In this document: piece by piece, positions 19,600 through 30,214 of the stretch
How positions within the stretch are numbered: the first letter of the stretch is position 1
Layout: each line of letters begins with the position of its first letter
Assembly (NCBI GenBank): GCA_963674695.2
Contig: CAXXGI010000001.1
Location: 96,001-160,000 of the forward strand
Source: a bacterium
Lineage (GTDB): Bacteria > UBA10199 > 2-02-FULL-44-16 > JAAZCA01
DNA: 64,000 nt
Reading direction: 5' to 3'
The notes under the pieces: model-generated
Seen by the model: only the letters and a program-made list of their open reading frames with translations
Databases searched by the model: none
Told to the model about the DNA's origin: nothing
Program-made: the position numbers and the translations under genes

Positions 19600-20391
19600 T
19601 CAGCGTATCCGCTTGAGGACAGCATCTGCAATGGCTCTGGATGACGCCGGGTTCTGGCCGGTGATCAGCTCTCGATCTTCGACGACGTAGGATTGCCAAT
19701 CGGGGCCCTTGGAATATCGGGCTCCCGCATTTTTCAAGGCCGTCTCGGGTGTGATTTTGAGGTGTTTCCCCACCTCGGAGGCGGTCTCCTCCGCATTGCT
19801 GAAAGCGGTCACCCGATAGCCCTCATAGGGAAAGTCACCCCCATCGACGGTGCTGAGCAGGGCAATGGGGGCGTGGCACACGAGCGCCGTCGGTTTCTTG
19901 GCCGCATGGAACGATCGCAACAACCGCCCCACCGCCTTATCCGCCGCGAGGTCTTCCATGGGGGCATGCCCTCCCGGAAAGAAGACCGCATCATAGCCAC
20001 CCCATCCGGACCGTTGGAGCTCCGAGAGGTTGGCAATCGTCCCTGTGTCCAGCACCTCCGCCTTTATCCTCATGGCCTCGTCATAGTCCTTCTTCGAGTT
20101 CCAGAAGAGCGGCTTCCCCTCTTTATCAACCGCGATGCTCGCCGGGTCGGCCACCGGACGATTTCCATTCGGCGTTGCGATGGTGACCTTGACCCCTTTG
20201 TCGCGAAATACTTTATACGGTGTTGAAAACTCCTCGAGCCAATATCCCGTCTGGTGTTTCTCACCGTCCTTTCCCGTGATGTAATCGACACCGGTCACGA
20301 CGATGAGAATAGATTTTGATTTCGAACACGATGTCGTCACACACGAGAACACAAGCGCCACGGCGGCCATAATAATGATGCCGGTTTTCAT
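19600..20391 (-). CDS. DJ-1/PfpI (Hsp31-like) family protein with signal peptide
   Basis: TGYWLEEF, FFPGGHAPMEDL, VCHAP nucleophile and LITGQNPAS. Confidence 0.92.
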   Translation of the reverse strand: MKTGIIIMAAVALVFSCVTTSCSKSKSILIVVTGVDYITGKDGEKHQTGYWLEEFSTPYKVFRDKGVKVTIATPNGNRPVADPASIAVDKEGKPLFWNSKKDYDEAMRIKAEVLDTGTIANLSELQRSGWGGYDAVFFPGGHAPMEDLAADKAVGRLLRSFHAAKKPTALVCHAPIALLSTVDGGDFPYEGYRVTAFSNAEETASEVGKHLKITPETALKNAGARYSKGPDWQSYVVEDRELITGQNPASSRAIADAVLKRIR

Positions 20392-20534
20392 GATATTGTT
20401 CCTTTCGGTCTCGTTGCCCTGTGAACAGGAGATGACTTCTATCCCATCTCACAGCACATGATGGATGACAATATAGAATCGATGAGGACCTTCAAGGATC
20501 ACAACCAGAGGCGGTCGAGCATGGGCCTTCTGTT

Positions 20535-21647
20535 CTATTTTTTCATGAGCCAACCGAAGGCATGCGGGAAGAGGTCTGCCCATGCGTCTTCACAGTGCAG
20601 CCCTCCATCGATCACCGCCTGCTTCAGTATCACCTTAGCTCCCCCGCGGTCTTGCAGCGCCTTCGATATATCCTGCGCGTCGCGCACATACGTTTTGGCG
20701 TCGGCACCCGCCACTTCCATCGTTCCAACGGAGACATGTATTTTCAACGGCCGTGTAACTTGTGTCTGCGAGATGAACTCGAGCAATTTTGACTTCGCAA
20801 ACCAAAACGCCGGCGAGAAGATGAGCGCGCGTGAAAAGGTATCCTGATGCTTCAAGGCCATATAGCAGGATATGAGCCCACCCATAGAACTGCCGCCGAT
20901 GAAGGTGTGATCTCGGTCCGCAATCGTTCGATACCGCGCATCGATCCCTGGCTTGAGCTTCGCAACGACAAAATCACCGTAGACGTCGCCCAATCCGCCC
21001 TGCCCTCGCGAGAGATCGAAATCAACCTCCGTCTTCCACGGCGAATATTCGTTCATCCGCTCCGATTGCCCGTTCTCCATTCCAACAACGATGCATTCCG
21101 ACGACGGATCCTGTCGTGACAGCCGTTCCATCGTCTCATCGATCTTCCATTCGCGGCCATAGGTGCTGGTCTTCGCATCGAAGAGGTTCTGTCCGTCATG
21201 CATATAGAGAACAGGGTAACGTTTATTGGGCTCTTGTGCATAGGAGGGAGGAAGATAGACCCACACACGCCTTTGGGCATTGCGAAACGGCATTTCCAAA
21301 ATTTCAATGACACCCGTCCGCGTCGACTTTCGCTGAATCAGATCGGACCACTGTGCGATATCGACGTCGATCCGCCTGCTTCCCTCTCCAAAGACGATCT
21401 TTCGATTGGGAATGTCGCTGCCATTCGCATCGCGCTCGACCTTCTTCCAATCACCGCGCGTCACCTTGAAGAGCATCACGGAATCTGGAGGTCCATCGAC
21501 AGCGGCACAATATTGATCGCCCTCCCGCTGAAAGCGAAAGCGCGGATCATCAGATCGCCAGTCGTTCAGGTTGGCCCCAAGATAGAAATGAGAATCCTCG
21601 GGCGTCTGTGAGGGCATGGATCGGATGCACACGTTAACCTGTCCCAT
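20535..21647 (-). CDS. Alpha/beta-hydrolase (putative esterase) with N-terminal CBM-like domain
   Basis: FKVTRGDW..VE in the CBM-like region, YPVLYMHDGQNLFD and GSSMGG nucleophile elbow. Confidence 0.88.
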   Translation of the reverse strand: MGQVNVCIRSMPSQTPEDSHFYLGANLNDWRSDDPRFRFQREGDQYCAAVDGPPDSVMLFKVTRGDWKKVERDANGSDIPNRKIVFGEGSRRIDVDIAQWSDLIQRKSTRTGVIEILEMPFRNAQRRVWVYLPPSYAQEPNKRYPVLYMHDGQNLFDAKTSTYGREWKIDETMERLSRQDPSSECIVVGMENGQSERMNEYSPWKTEVDFDLSRGQGGLGDVYGDFVVAKLKPGIDARYRTIADRDHTFIGGSSMGGLISCYMALKHQDTFSRALIFSPAFWFAKSKLLEFISQTQVTRPLKIHVSVGTMEVAGADAKTYVRDAQDISKALQDRGGAKVILKQAVIDGGLHCEDAWADLFPHAFGWLMKK

Positions 21648-21837
21648 AGAGCGACCTCCATTCAACACAGACATAGCACAGAACAAACGAACACCAAGCA
21701 CATTTTGTTGAGCCCCCCGCGCCTTGCACCTTAAACCTGACGCCACAAATTCGCGCCGCACACGATCACAAACGCACATTCAATCACTCCCCACTTTCCC
21801 GTTGTCCTGACATGATGATTGATCTAAAAGGCACCTT

Positions 21838-22536
21838 ATGAAAACCATCGGGCTATTGGGCGGAATGAGCTGGCAATCGACGGTCGAATACTATCGGATC
21901 ATCAACGAGCGCATCGAACAGGAACTCGGCGGACATCACTCCGCTCAAATCCTGATCTCGAGCGTCGACTTCGACCCCCTCGTCGCGCTCGCCCACGAGG
22001 ACCGCTGGATGGAAATCGCCTCACGCTTGAACGATGAAGCGCGAAAGCTCCAACAGGCCGGCGCTGATTTCTTTCTGATCGGCACGAACTCCATCCATCG
22101 CGTCGCGGATGAAATCTGCGAAGGCATCGACATCCCGCTTCTACACATCGTCGATGCAACGGCAGCGGCGATCAATGACGCTGGTATCACGAAGGTGGCA
22201 CTCCTCGGCACAGCGTTCGTCATGAACGACGCCTTCTACCCCGAAATCCTTTCGAGGCACAGCATCGACACGCTCATCCCGGAGGAGACCGACCGAAAGA
22301 GCATCCATCGCATCATCTTCGAGGAACTCGTCCACGGCACAACGACCGATCCTTCTCGCAAGGAGTTTCTGAGGATCATCGACGACCTGAAACATGAGGG
22401 CGCCGAGGGCGTCATCCTCGGCTGCACCGAAATTCCGCTCCTGGTGAAGCAAGAACAGGTCTCCATTCCGGTCTTCGATACGACCACGATCCACGCTGAA
22501 GCGGCGGCGCAGATGGCATTGAACGTGAACACTTAA
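21838..22536 (+). CDS. Aspartate/glutamate racemase family (YgeA-like)
   Basis: MKTIGLLGGMSWQST and ILGCTEIPLL. Confidence 0.93.
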   Translation: MKTIGLLGGMSWQSTVEYYRIINERIEQELGGHHSAQILISSVDFDPLVALAHEDRWMEIASRLNDEARKLQQAGADFFLIGTNSIHRVADEICEGIDIPLLHIVDATAAAINDAGITKVALLGTAFVMNDAFYPEILSRHSIDTLIPEETDRKSIHRIIFEELVHGTTTDPSRKEFLRIIDDLKHEGAEGVILGCTEIPLLVKQEQVSIPVFDTTTIHAEAAAQMALNVNT

Positions 22537-23780
22537 TTGCCAGACGGAGCCCTTAATACAAACAATTGCTGTCTCCCCTTCATGGTCTTCTCGACCAACC
22601 CCCTCTTCTCGAGATCCATGAGATCCTTGCGAGCCGTTTCGTAAACCACATTGAATCTCTTCTGATATTTCTTGATCGTCGTGGGCTCACCACCCCGTTT
22701 CAGATGCACCTTAATGAAACGCCGCTGCCTGTCGTTGAGCTCGGCATGACCTTCCAGATACTTCTTTATGACTTGCTCACGTCCAAACTCCCGCTCCACG
22801 ATATCGATGGCATCGCGAACCATATGGACCGAATAGAAAACGAAATAGGTAAGATCCGTTCCATCGTCCTCAACATTCTTGATCGCGTCATAGTAGGGCG
22901 TTCTTTTCGCCTTTATCGCTTTCGAGATCGAAAAATATTGAAAGAAGCCATATCCCTTCTTCAGCAGATAATGATACATCAGCGCACGGGCGACCCTACC
23001 GTTTCCGTCCACATAGGGATGAATGTAGACCGTATAAAAGTGTATGATGGACGCCTTTACGACCGGATGAAGATAGACAAAATCCGCCGACTCGAAATTG
23101 ATCCAATCGTACAGCTTCTGCATGGGCCCTTCAAGCTGATCAGGAGGAGGTGGCGCATAGACGATCTCACCGCGGGACGAATCCTGGACATACCGCTGAT
23201 CGGGTCGATACATGCCCGCATATGCCTCATCTTCCGGTTCCAATGTACCATCGACCAATATGGCGTGAAGCTCATTGACGAATGCCTTCGAAACATCGCG
23301 TCCGAGATTCTTGCGGATGAACTCGAGGGCGTGAAAGTTGTTGAGCGTCATACGTTCGCTTCTGTCACGCGGGCTCACATGACGCCGCACCATCTCTTCG
23401 GCCCGCTTCCGCGTCGTCCGTGCACCCTCGATCATGCTGGAATAGAGCGCCTCATCGATGATCGCCTCTAGGGCAAGCTCACCCGATATCGGTTGCGGCA
23501 TCGCCTCCCATTTCGAATCTGCTCCTTCGACATCGATCTCATGCAGGATTCTCGCAATCGTCGATGTCGCCCAATACCGAAACGGCTCGCCTGTGAGATT
23601 CGTGAGCACGAAGAGGGATTCCGACTTCTGTCTCCGAATGCCCTCGACAATATCGATGACTTCATCGGCGTCCATTCCCTCGGGCACGCGATAACGAATC
23701 TCCTCCGGCGTGAGATAGCGCTTATTGCAATCCTCGATGAAGAGGAACTTCGCCACGGCCCCACCCTTGTCCTCATTCAT
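22533..23780 (-). CDS. Fic family protein with C-terminal wHTH
   Basis: HPYVDGNGRVAR Fic motif, SSMIEG inhibitory-type motif and TARKDLMDL. Confidence 0.93.
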   Translation of the reverse strand: MNEDKGGAVAKFLFIEDCNKRYLTPEEIRYRVPEGMDADEVIDIVEGIRRQKSESLFVLTNLTGEPFRYWATSTIARILHEIDVEGADSKWEAMPQPISGELALEAIIDEALYSSMIEGARTTRKRAEEMVRRHVSPRDRSERMTLNNFHALEFIRKNLGRDVSKAFVNELHAILVDGTLEPEDEAYAGMYRPDQRYVQDSSRGEIVYAPPPPDQLEGPMQKLYDWINFESADFVYLHPVVKASIIHFYTVYIHPYVDGNGRVARALMYHYLLKKGYGFFQYFSISKAIKAKRTPYYDAIKNVEDDGTDLTYFVFYSVHMVRDAIDIVEREFGREQVIKKYLEGHAELNDRQRRFIKVHLKRGGEPTTIKKYQKRFNVVYETARKDLMDLEKRGLVEKTMKGRQQLFVLRAPSGN

Positions 23781-24055
23781 ATCCCCTCCTCTGCATCTCC
23801 TATTCAGACACCACATCATACCACATAAATACTAATTTAAAACCATTACAAACCATCGCATTACCACCCAAAAACCACAGAATAAGCATATGTATATGAT
23901 ATTAATGGTTTTTATCGCTTCACCCGTGAAGAATAATGACAGCCGCCTGCGCGGGGATGACAAATGAAGAACGCTTCCAACGGAGGCGGGCAGACAGGGA
24001 CGACAAAAAAAGCGGCGTTCGATATCGAACGCCGCTTTTATCAGCAAGATGCATT

Positions 24056-24631
24056 CTACTGACATCTGATTATTGGTACATACAATTCTCCCAATTCTCC
24101 CCTGTCTTCCTCAAGCGCACTCGGCCAACCTCCACACTTGCTGCAAACCATATCTTCTGCTGCGCTCCGTGCACTCTTCAGTGAGGAGAGGGAATCCCCC
24201 TCACGGCATTCACGCGAAAGTTCCGAGCGTCTCTGACGTGCTTCAGCACTCGCGGATCGAGCCGCCTCCTCATATTCCCGGATCACATTCGCACATTCTC
24301 CACGCAACCTGTCGTCAAATGCGATCGAAAAAAGCTCCCATGCCAGGGTATTCTTCTCGTCTGACAGCCTGTCCATACGTTCAGCTCCATTGCAGATAGC
24401 GGCTTTCTCTTCCACCGCCTTATCGGCTTCCTTGTACACAACAATGGCCACGGAACAGTCATCGATTTTTCTGATCTTCTCGAACAAGGCCCGCGTCTTT
24501 ACCTGGGGTTGAGGCTTGAGCCCAGCTGCCCCCGTCTTCTGCATAGCGACCTGTGATGCAAAAACCTGCACGGCGAAAAACGCAAGAAAAATACTTACAC
24601 ATCCTGCAACTACGACTCGAGATGCTTTCAT
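24056..24631 (-). CDS. Hypothetical secreted Cys-containing helical protein
   Basis: Signal peptide ending VFA and several Cys residues. Confidence 0.65.
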   Translation of the reverse strand: MKASRVVVAGCVSIFLAFFAVQVFASQVAMQKTGAAGLKPQPQVKTRALFEKIRKIDDCSVAIVVYKEADKAVEEKAAICNGAERMDRLSDEKNTLAWELFSIAFDDRLRGECANVIREYEEAARSASAEARQRRSELSRECREGDSLSSLKSARSAAEDMVCSKCGGWPSALEEDRGELGELYVPIIRCQ

Positions 24632-24659
24632 GGCAAGGCCTCCTTTTTCCGAGATTCTA

Positions 24660-26495
24660 TCAAACATCCGTCATGTACGCAATCTCGTCATACGGGGTGC
24701 GGTACATCGGTTGTTTGAGGCGTTTTTGGTCGAAGACGTGGCCGAAGATACCGATGGAGCGGCCAACCACGAAGAGCGCGTTCAAGCACCCCATGTCGAT
24801 GATCTCGGTGGTCTCTTCTTTGGTGAAGAGTTCCGGCAATGACCAGAGCAGATCGACGAAGGTGATGCCGATACAACCATCGACGTTGAGGATGAGATTC
24901 CCCTTCTTCTGCGTCGTGATCGCCTCGACTTCGAGCGCATAGTCGAGCAGCTTGTGCTGTGGGAAGTTTTCGTTCACATATTTCTTGAGCATCGTGACCC
25001 GCATGTCGGGGTTGGTGACACTCTTCACGCGGTGCCCGATCCCCTGGATATTCACGCCCTTCTTCTTCATATCGACGATGAATGCCTCGGGCGTTAAGCC
25101 TGCTTCATAGGCCTTCTTGAACATCTGTGCACCGCCGTCGATCGCACCGCCGAAGCGCGGACCGATGGTGAGCAGCCCCGAGACGAGCGAGGAGATGATG
25201 TCCTTGCCCGCGCGCGCGGTGACGATGGCGTTGTGCGCACCGGAGACGGCCGGGCCGTGGTCGGCGGTGAGCATCAGGGTGGTGTCGATATATTTCGCGG
25301 CAAAGGCCGGAAGTTTCCGCTTGAACCAGAGCAGACCGATCACGCCGCCGATGCCGTAGTTTTCGGTCAAGACTTCCGAGATCGGGACGTTGTTGTATTC
25401 GAGCTCCTCGCCCTTCTCGTTGGAGATCGTGCAGATGAACTGCGCGGGTTTGCGAATGGCGCCTTCCTTCATCGCCTGGGCGTAGTCCATAGGAAACTTC
25501 GGCGCGGGTACGTCGGGGGCGGGAACGATTGTCTTCTGCGCCACGAGTTTGTCGTAGGTCTCGCGAATGCGATCGCCGTAGTCGTCGAACGATTGCGGAA
25601 CGATGGCGCCGGCCTCTTTCAGCGCCGCGTTCTTGGCATCGGCCGTCTCGAGCGCCGAGTCCGCCTTGGCACCCGCGTGCCCAAACTGCACGCCCGCGGG
25701 GAACATCTTGGAACAGGTGCCGGTCACCCAGATCACGAGCGGCTTTGTGATCTTCTTCGCTTTCAGCGCCTCGACGATCTTGAGCTCTTCGGTCCCGCCA
25801 ATCTCGCCGAGCGCCGCGATCATCTTGACCTCGGGGATCTGCTCATAGCGCATGATGTGTTCCAGGAGCGTCGAGCCCGGATAGGCGTCGCCGCCGATGG
25901 CGATCCCCTCGTAGAGCCCGTCGGTATTGCGCGCGATGATGTTGTAGCATTCGTTGGAGAGCCCGCCGGATTTGGAAACGAAGCCGACGCTGCCCGGGCG
26001 AAAGAGCTTGGACTCGGCGATATTGTCGATCGTACCCGCCGTGTTGCCCACCTTAAAACACCCCGCCTTCACCCCGCCGACGGTGGCCGGGCCGATGATC
26101 ATCTTGCCCTTCTCCTTGGCGGTGGCAGCGAGAATGCGCGCCTTGCGCTCCGGTACGCCCTCGGCGATGACGGCGATCGTTCGGATCTGGGGGTTGGCCA
26201 GCGCCTCCATCGTCGTATCAAAGGCGCTGCGCTGCGAGGAGAAGTTGACGATGACATCGACGTCCGTGTGTTTTTCGGTCGCCTCGGAAAGCCCGCGATA
26301 CATCGGCAGCAGAATCTCTTTCTGCCCGAAGAAGACCTTGTGCAACCCCGCACGCGACGGATTCACGATCGCCGCGACCGAGGGCGTCTCGCGCCCACAG
26401 GCGAAATCGAAATCGAGCATGCGCTGGATCGCGTTCTGCTGATAGCCGTACACAAGAGCGCGTGTGTCTTTTGAAAAGCGTTCGGCGGAATGCAT
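24660..26495 (-). CDS. aclA: ATP-citrate lyase alpha subunit
   Basis: QRMLDFD, IIGPATVGG, phospho-His QFGHAGA, ADHGPAVSGAHN, GIGHRVKS and LILNVDG. Confidence 0.93.
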   Translation of the reverse strand: MHSAERFSKDTRALVYGYQQNAIQRMLDFDFACGRETPSVAAIVNPSRAGLHKVFFGQKEILLPMYRGLSEATEKHTDVDVIVNFSSQRSAFDTTMEALANPQIRTIAVIAEGVPERKARILAATAKEKGKMIIGPATVGGVKAGCFKVGNTAGTIDNIAESKLFRPGSVGFVSKSGGLSNECYNIIARNTDGLYEGIAIGGDAYPGSTLLEHIMRYEQIPEVKMIAALGEIGGTEELKIVEALKAKKITKPLVIWVTGTCSKMFPAGVQFGHAGAKADSALETADAKNAALKEAGAIVPQSFDDYGDRIRETYDKLVAQKTIVPAPDVPAPKFPMDYAQAMKEGAIRKPAQFICTISNEKGEELEYNNVPISEVLTENYGIGGVIGLLWFKRKLPAFAAKYIDTTLMLTADHGPAVSGAHNAIVTARAGKDIISSLVSGLLTIGPRFGGAIDGGAQMFKKAYEAGLTPEAFIVDMKKKGVNIQGIGHRVKSVTNPDMRVTMLKKYVNENFPQHKLLDYALEVEAITTQKKGNLILNVDGCIGITFVDLLWSLPELFTKEETTEIIDMGCLNALFVVGRSIGIFGHVFDQKRLKQPMYRTPYDEIAYMTDV

Positions 26496-26580
26496 AACCC
26501 CTCCGTGTTGTCTCATATCGTTCGTTGGTGTCGCTGCGAACAGTTCCCGCAGCCAGCTCAGAATGCCATTCCCCATCGCG

Positions 26581-27846
26581 TCAACCCAACGCCATGGAGA
26601 CGATTTTGGTCATGTGCGTCTCGGGGCCGTAGACTTCGATGGGCAGGCCCAGCGTTTCGCCCACCTTCCGCATCTTGGCCAGGCCTTCCTTATAGTTCGG
26701 ACCGCCGCGACGGACGTAAATCTTCACGTTCCCCGCTTTGAGCTTCTCCTGATATTCCGTCAGCGCCTGAATGATGCCGGTGAAGGTCTTGGCCACATCC
26801 GTGAAGTTGGCGATGCCGCCGCCGATGATCAGGAATTTCCCCTTCGGATCGTTCTCGCGCGTCATCAGATCGAGGAGGGTCTTGGCATAGTTGTAGGTCA
26901 ACTCCGTCGAGGGGTCGCCCGAATACTCGCCATAGTTGGCCAGCTCTTTCGAAAACCCCAGATCACAGACAGTGTCGGCGTAGATCACCGATGCACCGCC
27001 GCCGGCGACCATGGTCCAGACGCGGCCCTTGGGATTCAATATCGTGAGCTTGAGCGAAGCGCCGCTCTGATCGTCGAGGTATTTGACGTACTCCTCCTCC
27101 TTCGTGCTGTGCGTGCCAAACGCCCGGGGAAACTCGAGCGCGCCCCAGACGTTGCGGCAATCGAACGCCGCCGTGTCGTCGACCTTGGCCACCATGTCCA
27201 GCGGCACGACCTGCCCGGACTTCGAGAAGGTGAAGGGGTTGATCTCGAGGTAGGAAAAGCCGTTGGCCGCATAGAACTGATAGAGCGCTTTGACAAAGGC
27301 ATAGACCGCGTCGCGGCGATCGCCCCAATCGGCGACCTTGGCCTTCAAGTCCGTCGCCTCGATGTCGCCCAGGATCGGAACCTTGACCTGCATGACTTTG
27401 TCCCAATTCTCCTCGACGAAGATACCGCCCTGCATCGAGAGGTAGATCACGTCCCCCTCGCGCTCGTCGCGGATGGCGACATAGTACTCCTCTTTCTCGT
27501 CATGCGGCGTGAACGGCTCGACGAGAAAGTGCGTGAGCGTCCCCGAGGTCTCGCCCACCTTCGTGGCGGTGTTCATGCGCTCACCGATCCAGGACTGCGC
27601 CTTGCCCCAATCGGCATCGAGCAGCAAAAGCCCATGTTTGCCGCGCTTGCCGAAGAGCTGGTCGGGCTTGACCACGAGTTTTTCCGTGGTCAGCCAGGGA
27701 TATTCCTTGGCGAGCGCCTTCAGATCCGTCTCCGGACCGACGAGCGCCACCTTCCCCTCATAGCCGAATGCATCGCCGAGATATTTCGGCAACTCACTCG
27801 CCAGCATGCGCTTCGCATCGTATTCGCGTATTCCTCGTTGTGCCAT
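26581..27846 (-). CDS. aclB: ATP-citrate lyase beta subunit
   Basis: IREYDAK, KPDQLFGKRGK, WTMVAGGGASVIYADT, NYGEYSG, GGIANFTDVA and RRGGPNY. Confidence 0.93.
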   Translation of the reverse strand: MAQRGIREYDAKRMLASELPKYLGDAFGYEGKVALVGPETDLKALAKEYPWLTTEKLVVKPDQLFGKRGKHGLLLLDADWGKAQSWIGERMNTATKVGETSGTLTHFLVEPFTPHDEKEEYYVAIRDEREGDVIYLSMQGGIFVEENWDKVMQVKVPILGDIEATDLKAKVADWGDRRDAVYAFVKALYQFYAANGFSYLEINPFTFSKSGQVVPLDMVAKVDDTAAFDCRNVWGALEFPRAFGTHSTKEEEYVKYLDDQSGASLKLTILNPKGRVWTMVAGGGASVIYADTVCDLGFSKELANYGEYSGDPSTELTYNYAKTLLDLMTRENDPKGKFLIIGGGIANFTDVAKTFTGIIQALTEYQEKLKAGNVKIYVRRGGPNYKEGLAKMRKVGETLGLPIEVYGPETHMTKIVSMALG

Positions 27847-27854
27847 AAGACCTC

Positions 27855-27903
27855 CGTGACTCGTGACTCGTGACTCGTGAACGGTAAACCGTAAACCGTG
27901 AAC
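27855..27903. repeat. Heptamer array (CGTGACT)x3.7 plus ACGGTAA/ACCGTAA/ACCGTGA units
   Basis: Abuts the aclB RBS and is inverted relative to the GTTCACC array. Confidence 0.85.
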
Positions 27904-27931
27904 AGCAACCAACATCATGTTATACTATCGT

Positions 27932-28092
27932 GTTCACCGTTCACCGTTCACCGTTCACCGTTCACCGTTCACCGTTCACCGTTCACCGTTCACCGTTCAC
28001 CGTTCACCGTTCACCGTTCACCGTTCACCGTTCACCGTTCACCGTTCACCGTTCACCGTTCACCGTTCACCGTTCACCGTTCACCGTTCACC
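27932..28092. repeat. Perfect heptamer tandem repeat (GTTCACC)x23
   Basis: 161 bp. Overlaps the aconitase stop codon. Confidence 0.97.
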
Positions 28093-30028
28093 GTTTACTC
28101 GCTTCCTTCACCTCGTTGAGCTTGCCCCCGGCCGTCACGATGGTGCGTTGACGGTCGGAGAGATCGGCCTTGCAGCGATAGGTCTTGCCCTTGGTCGCAT
28201 TGACGATCTCGACCGGCCCGCCCTTCTCGATCGCTGCACGCCAGCCGGCCACCTCGAGTTTGTCCCCCTGCGCGATGGTATCGAAGTCGCCCGGATTTTC
28301 GAAGGTGAGCGGCACGATGCCGAAGTTGATCAGGTTGGCCGCGTGGATGCGCTCGAAGGATTTTGCCAGCACCGCCTTCACGCCCAGATACATCGGACAG
28401 AGCGCGGCGTGCTCGCGCGAAGAACCCTGGCCGTAGGACTCGCCGGCGACGATCACGTTCTGCACGCCCGCATCGCGGTTTTTCGCGCAGCGCTCGTGGA
28501 AGGAGGCGTCGACATTTTCGAAGACGAAGGTCGAATACTTCTCGACGTTCGAACGATATTTGAGCCTGGGGCCCGCCGGCATGATGTGATCGGTGGTGAT
28601 CTTATCGCCCACGACGATGGCGGCCTCGCCTGCGAGATTTTCCGACATCGGGGCATTTTTCGGCGGCGACCCGATGTTCGGACCGCGCAGAATTTCGGTC
28701 TTCCGCATCTCCGTCGTCGGAAAGATGAACATCCCGTCGTCGATGAGATATTCCTTCGGCATCGTCACGCTCGGATACGCGCCGAGATCCCGCGGATCGG
28801 CGAACACGCCCGTAAGCGCCGCGGCGGCCGCAACCTCGCAGCTGGTCAGATAGACCTGCGCGTCCTTCGTGCCGCTGCGTCCCTCGAAGTTGCGGTTGAC
28901 CGTGCGGATGGAGACACCATTAGAATTGGGCGAGAAGTGGTTTCCGATGCAGAAACCGCAGGCGCTCTCCAAGATGCGCGCGCCCGCGTCGATCAGGTCG
29001 CTCAAATACCCCTCGCGCGCGAGCATCGCCATCACCTGTCGCGAGCCAGGCGCCACGCCGAGCGTCACACTCGGATTCACCTTCTTGCCCTTCAGGATTT
29101 TGGCGACGGTGACGAGATCTTTGTAGGAGGAGTTGGTGCAGGAACCGATGCAGACCTGATCGACCTTCATGCCGGCGAGCTCAGAGATCGGCTTCACGTT
29201 TCCCGGACTGTGCGGGCAGGCCGCCAACGGCTCGATCTCGGAGAGATTGAGATCGATCACGCGATCATAAGCGGCATCGGCATCGGCGATGAGCTCCACC
29301 CAATCCTTCTCGCGACCCTGGGCCTTCAAAAACGCGCGGGTCTCATCATCCGACGGAAAAATCGATGTGGTCACGCCCATCTCCGCGCCCATGTTCGTGA
29401 TCGTCGCGCGCTCGGGAACGGTGAGGGTCGCCACGCCCGGGCCGGCGTATTCGAGCATGACGCCGACGTTCCCCTTCGTCGTGAGGATCGAGAGCATCTT
29501 GAGGACGACATCCTTGGCCGTCACCCAGGGTTTCAACTCGCCGGTGAGGTTGACCTGATAGACCTTCGGTGCGGTGAGATAGAAGAGGCCGCCGCCCATG
29601 GCGACCGCTACATCCAGACCGCCGGCGCCGATGGCGATCTGCCCGATACCGCCGCCGGTCGGCGTGTGCGAATCGCTGCCGAGCATCGTCGTGCCCGGTT
29701 TGCCAAAGCGCTCCAAGTGCACCTGGTGACAGATACCGTTTCCGGGGCGCGAGAAGACGATGCCGTTTCGGGCCGCTACCGTCTGCAGGTAGCGATGGTC
29801 GTCGGCGTTTTCAAACCCGACCTGCACCGTGTTGTGGTCGACATAGGAGACGGAGAGGTCGGTCTTCACTCCAACCATCCCCATCGCTTCAAACTGCAGA
29901 TAGGCCATCGTACCGGTGGCATCCTGCGTGAGCGTCTGATCGATGCGAATGCCGATTTCATTTCCCGCCTGAAGTTCCCCCTCGCGCAGATGCGACGCGA
30001 GTACTTTCTGCACCACGTTCTGACCCAT
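28088..30028 (-). CDS. Aconitate hydratase (~646 aa)
   Basis: TQDATGTMA, GICHQVHLE, GSDSHT, IGSCTN, CGFCIG, NRNFEGRSG and GQGSSREHAA. Confidence 0.92.
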   Translation of the reverse strand: MGQNVVQKVLASHLREGELQAGNEIGIRIDQTLTQDATGTMAYLQFEAMGMVGVKTDLSVSYVDHNTVQVGFENADDHRYLQTVAARNGIVFSRPGNGICHQVHLERFGKPGTTMLGSDSHTPTGGGIGQIAIGAGGLDVAVAMGGGLFYLTAPKVYQVNLTGELKPWVTAKDVVLKMLSILTTKGNVGVMLEYAGPGVATLTVPERATITNMGAEMGVTTSIFPSDDETRAFLKAQGREKDWVELIADADAAYDRVIDLNLSEIEPLAACPHSPGNVKPISELAGMKVDQVCIGSCTNSSYKDLVTVAKILKGKKVNPSVTLGVAPGSRQVMAMLAREGYLSDLIDAGARILESACGFCIGNHFSPNSNGVSIRTVNRNFEGRSGTKDAQVYLTSCEVAAAAALTGVFADPRDLGAYPSVTMPKEYLIDDGMFIFPTTEMRKTEILRGPNIGSPPKNAPMSENLAGEAAIVVGDKITTDHIMPAGPRLKYRSNVEKYSTFVFENVDASFHERCAKNRDAGVQNVIVAGESYGQGSSREHAALCPMYLGVKAVLAKSFERIHAANLINFGIVPLTFENPGDFDTIAQGDKLEVAGWRAAIEKGGPVEIVNATKGKTYRCKADLSDRQRTIVTAGGKLNEVKEASKR

Positions 30029-30061
30029 ATCAGCCTCCCCGTTTCGTTTTTGGCACAAAAA

Positions 30062-30214
30062 AAACCGGGGTCACATGGCCCCTTCACCCATCAGGTCTGC
30101 CTTGAGGATTTCCCCGGCATTCCGCGTGAATGAAACAGCTTGTGACTCCGATTACGCATGTCCTTTGAACGATCGGCTTAATTAACGTTCCCTGGGCGCC
30201 GGCCGCCATCAAAC
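30062..30214 (-). ncRNA. Possible 6S RNA-like or leader RNA
   Basis: Upstream TGTACA-N17-TATACG, U-tract at the 3' end, and segments AAGCCGA..AAAGG, AAATCCTCAAG, ACCTGATGGGTGAAG loosely resembling 6S motifs. Confidence 0.3.

Noticed and set aside
27932-28092. CRISPR array
   Set aside because: 7-bp tandem units with no spacers, and no cas genes in the window.
27917-30133. 738-aa + strand ORF beginning with (HRSPFTV)n
   Set aside because: It is a translation of the heptamer array fused to the antisense shadow of aconitase.
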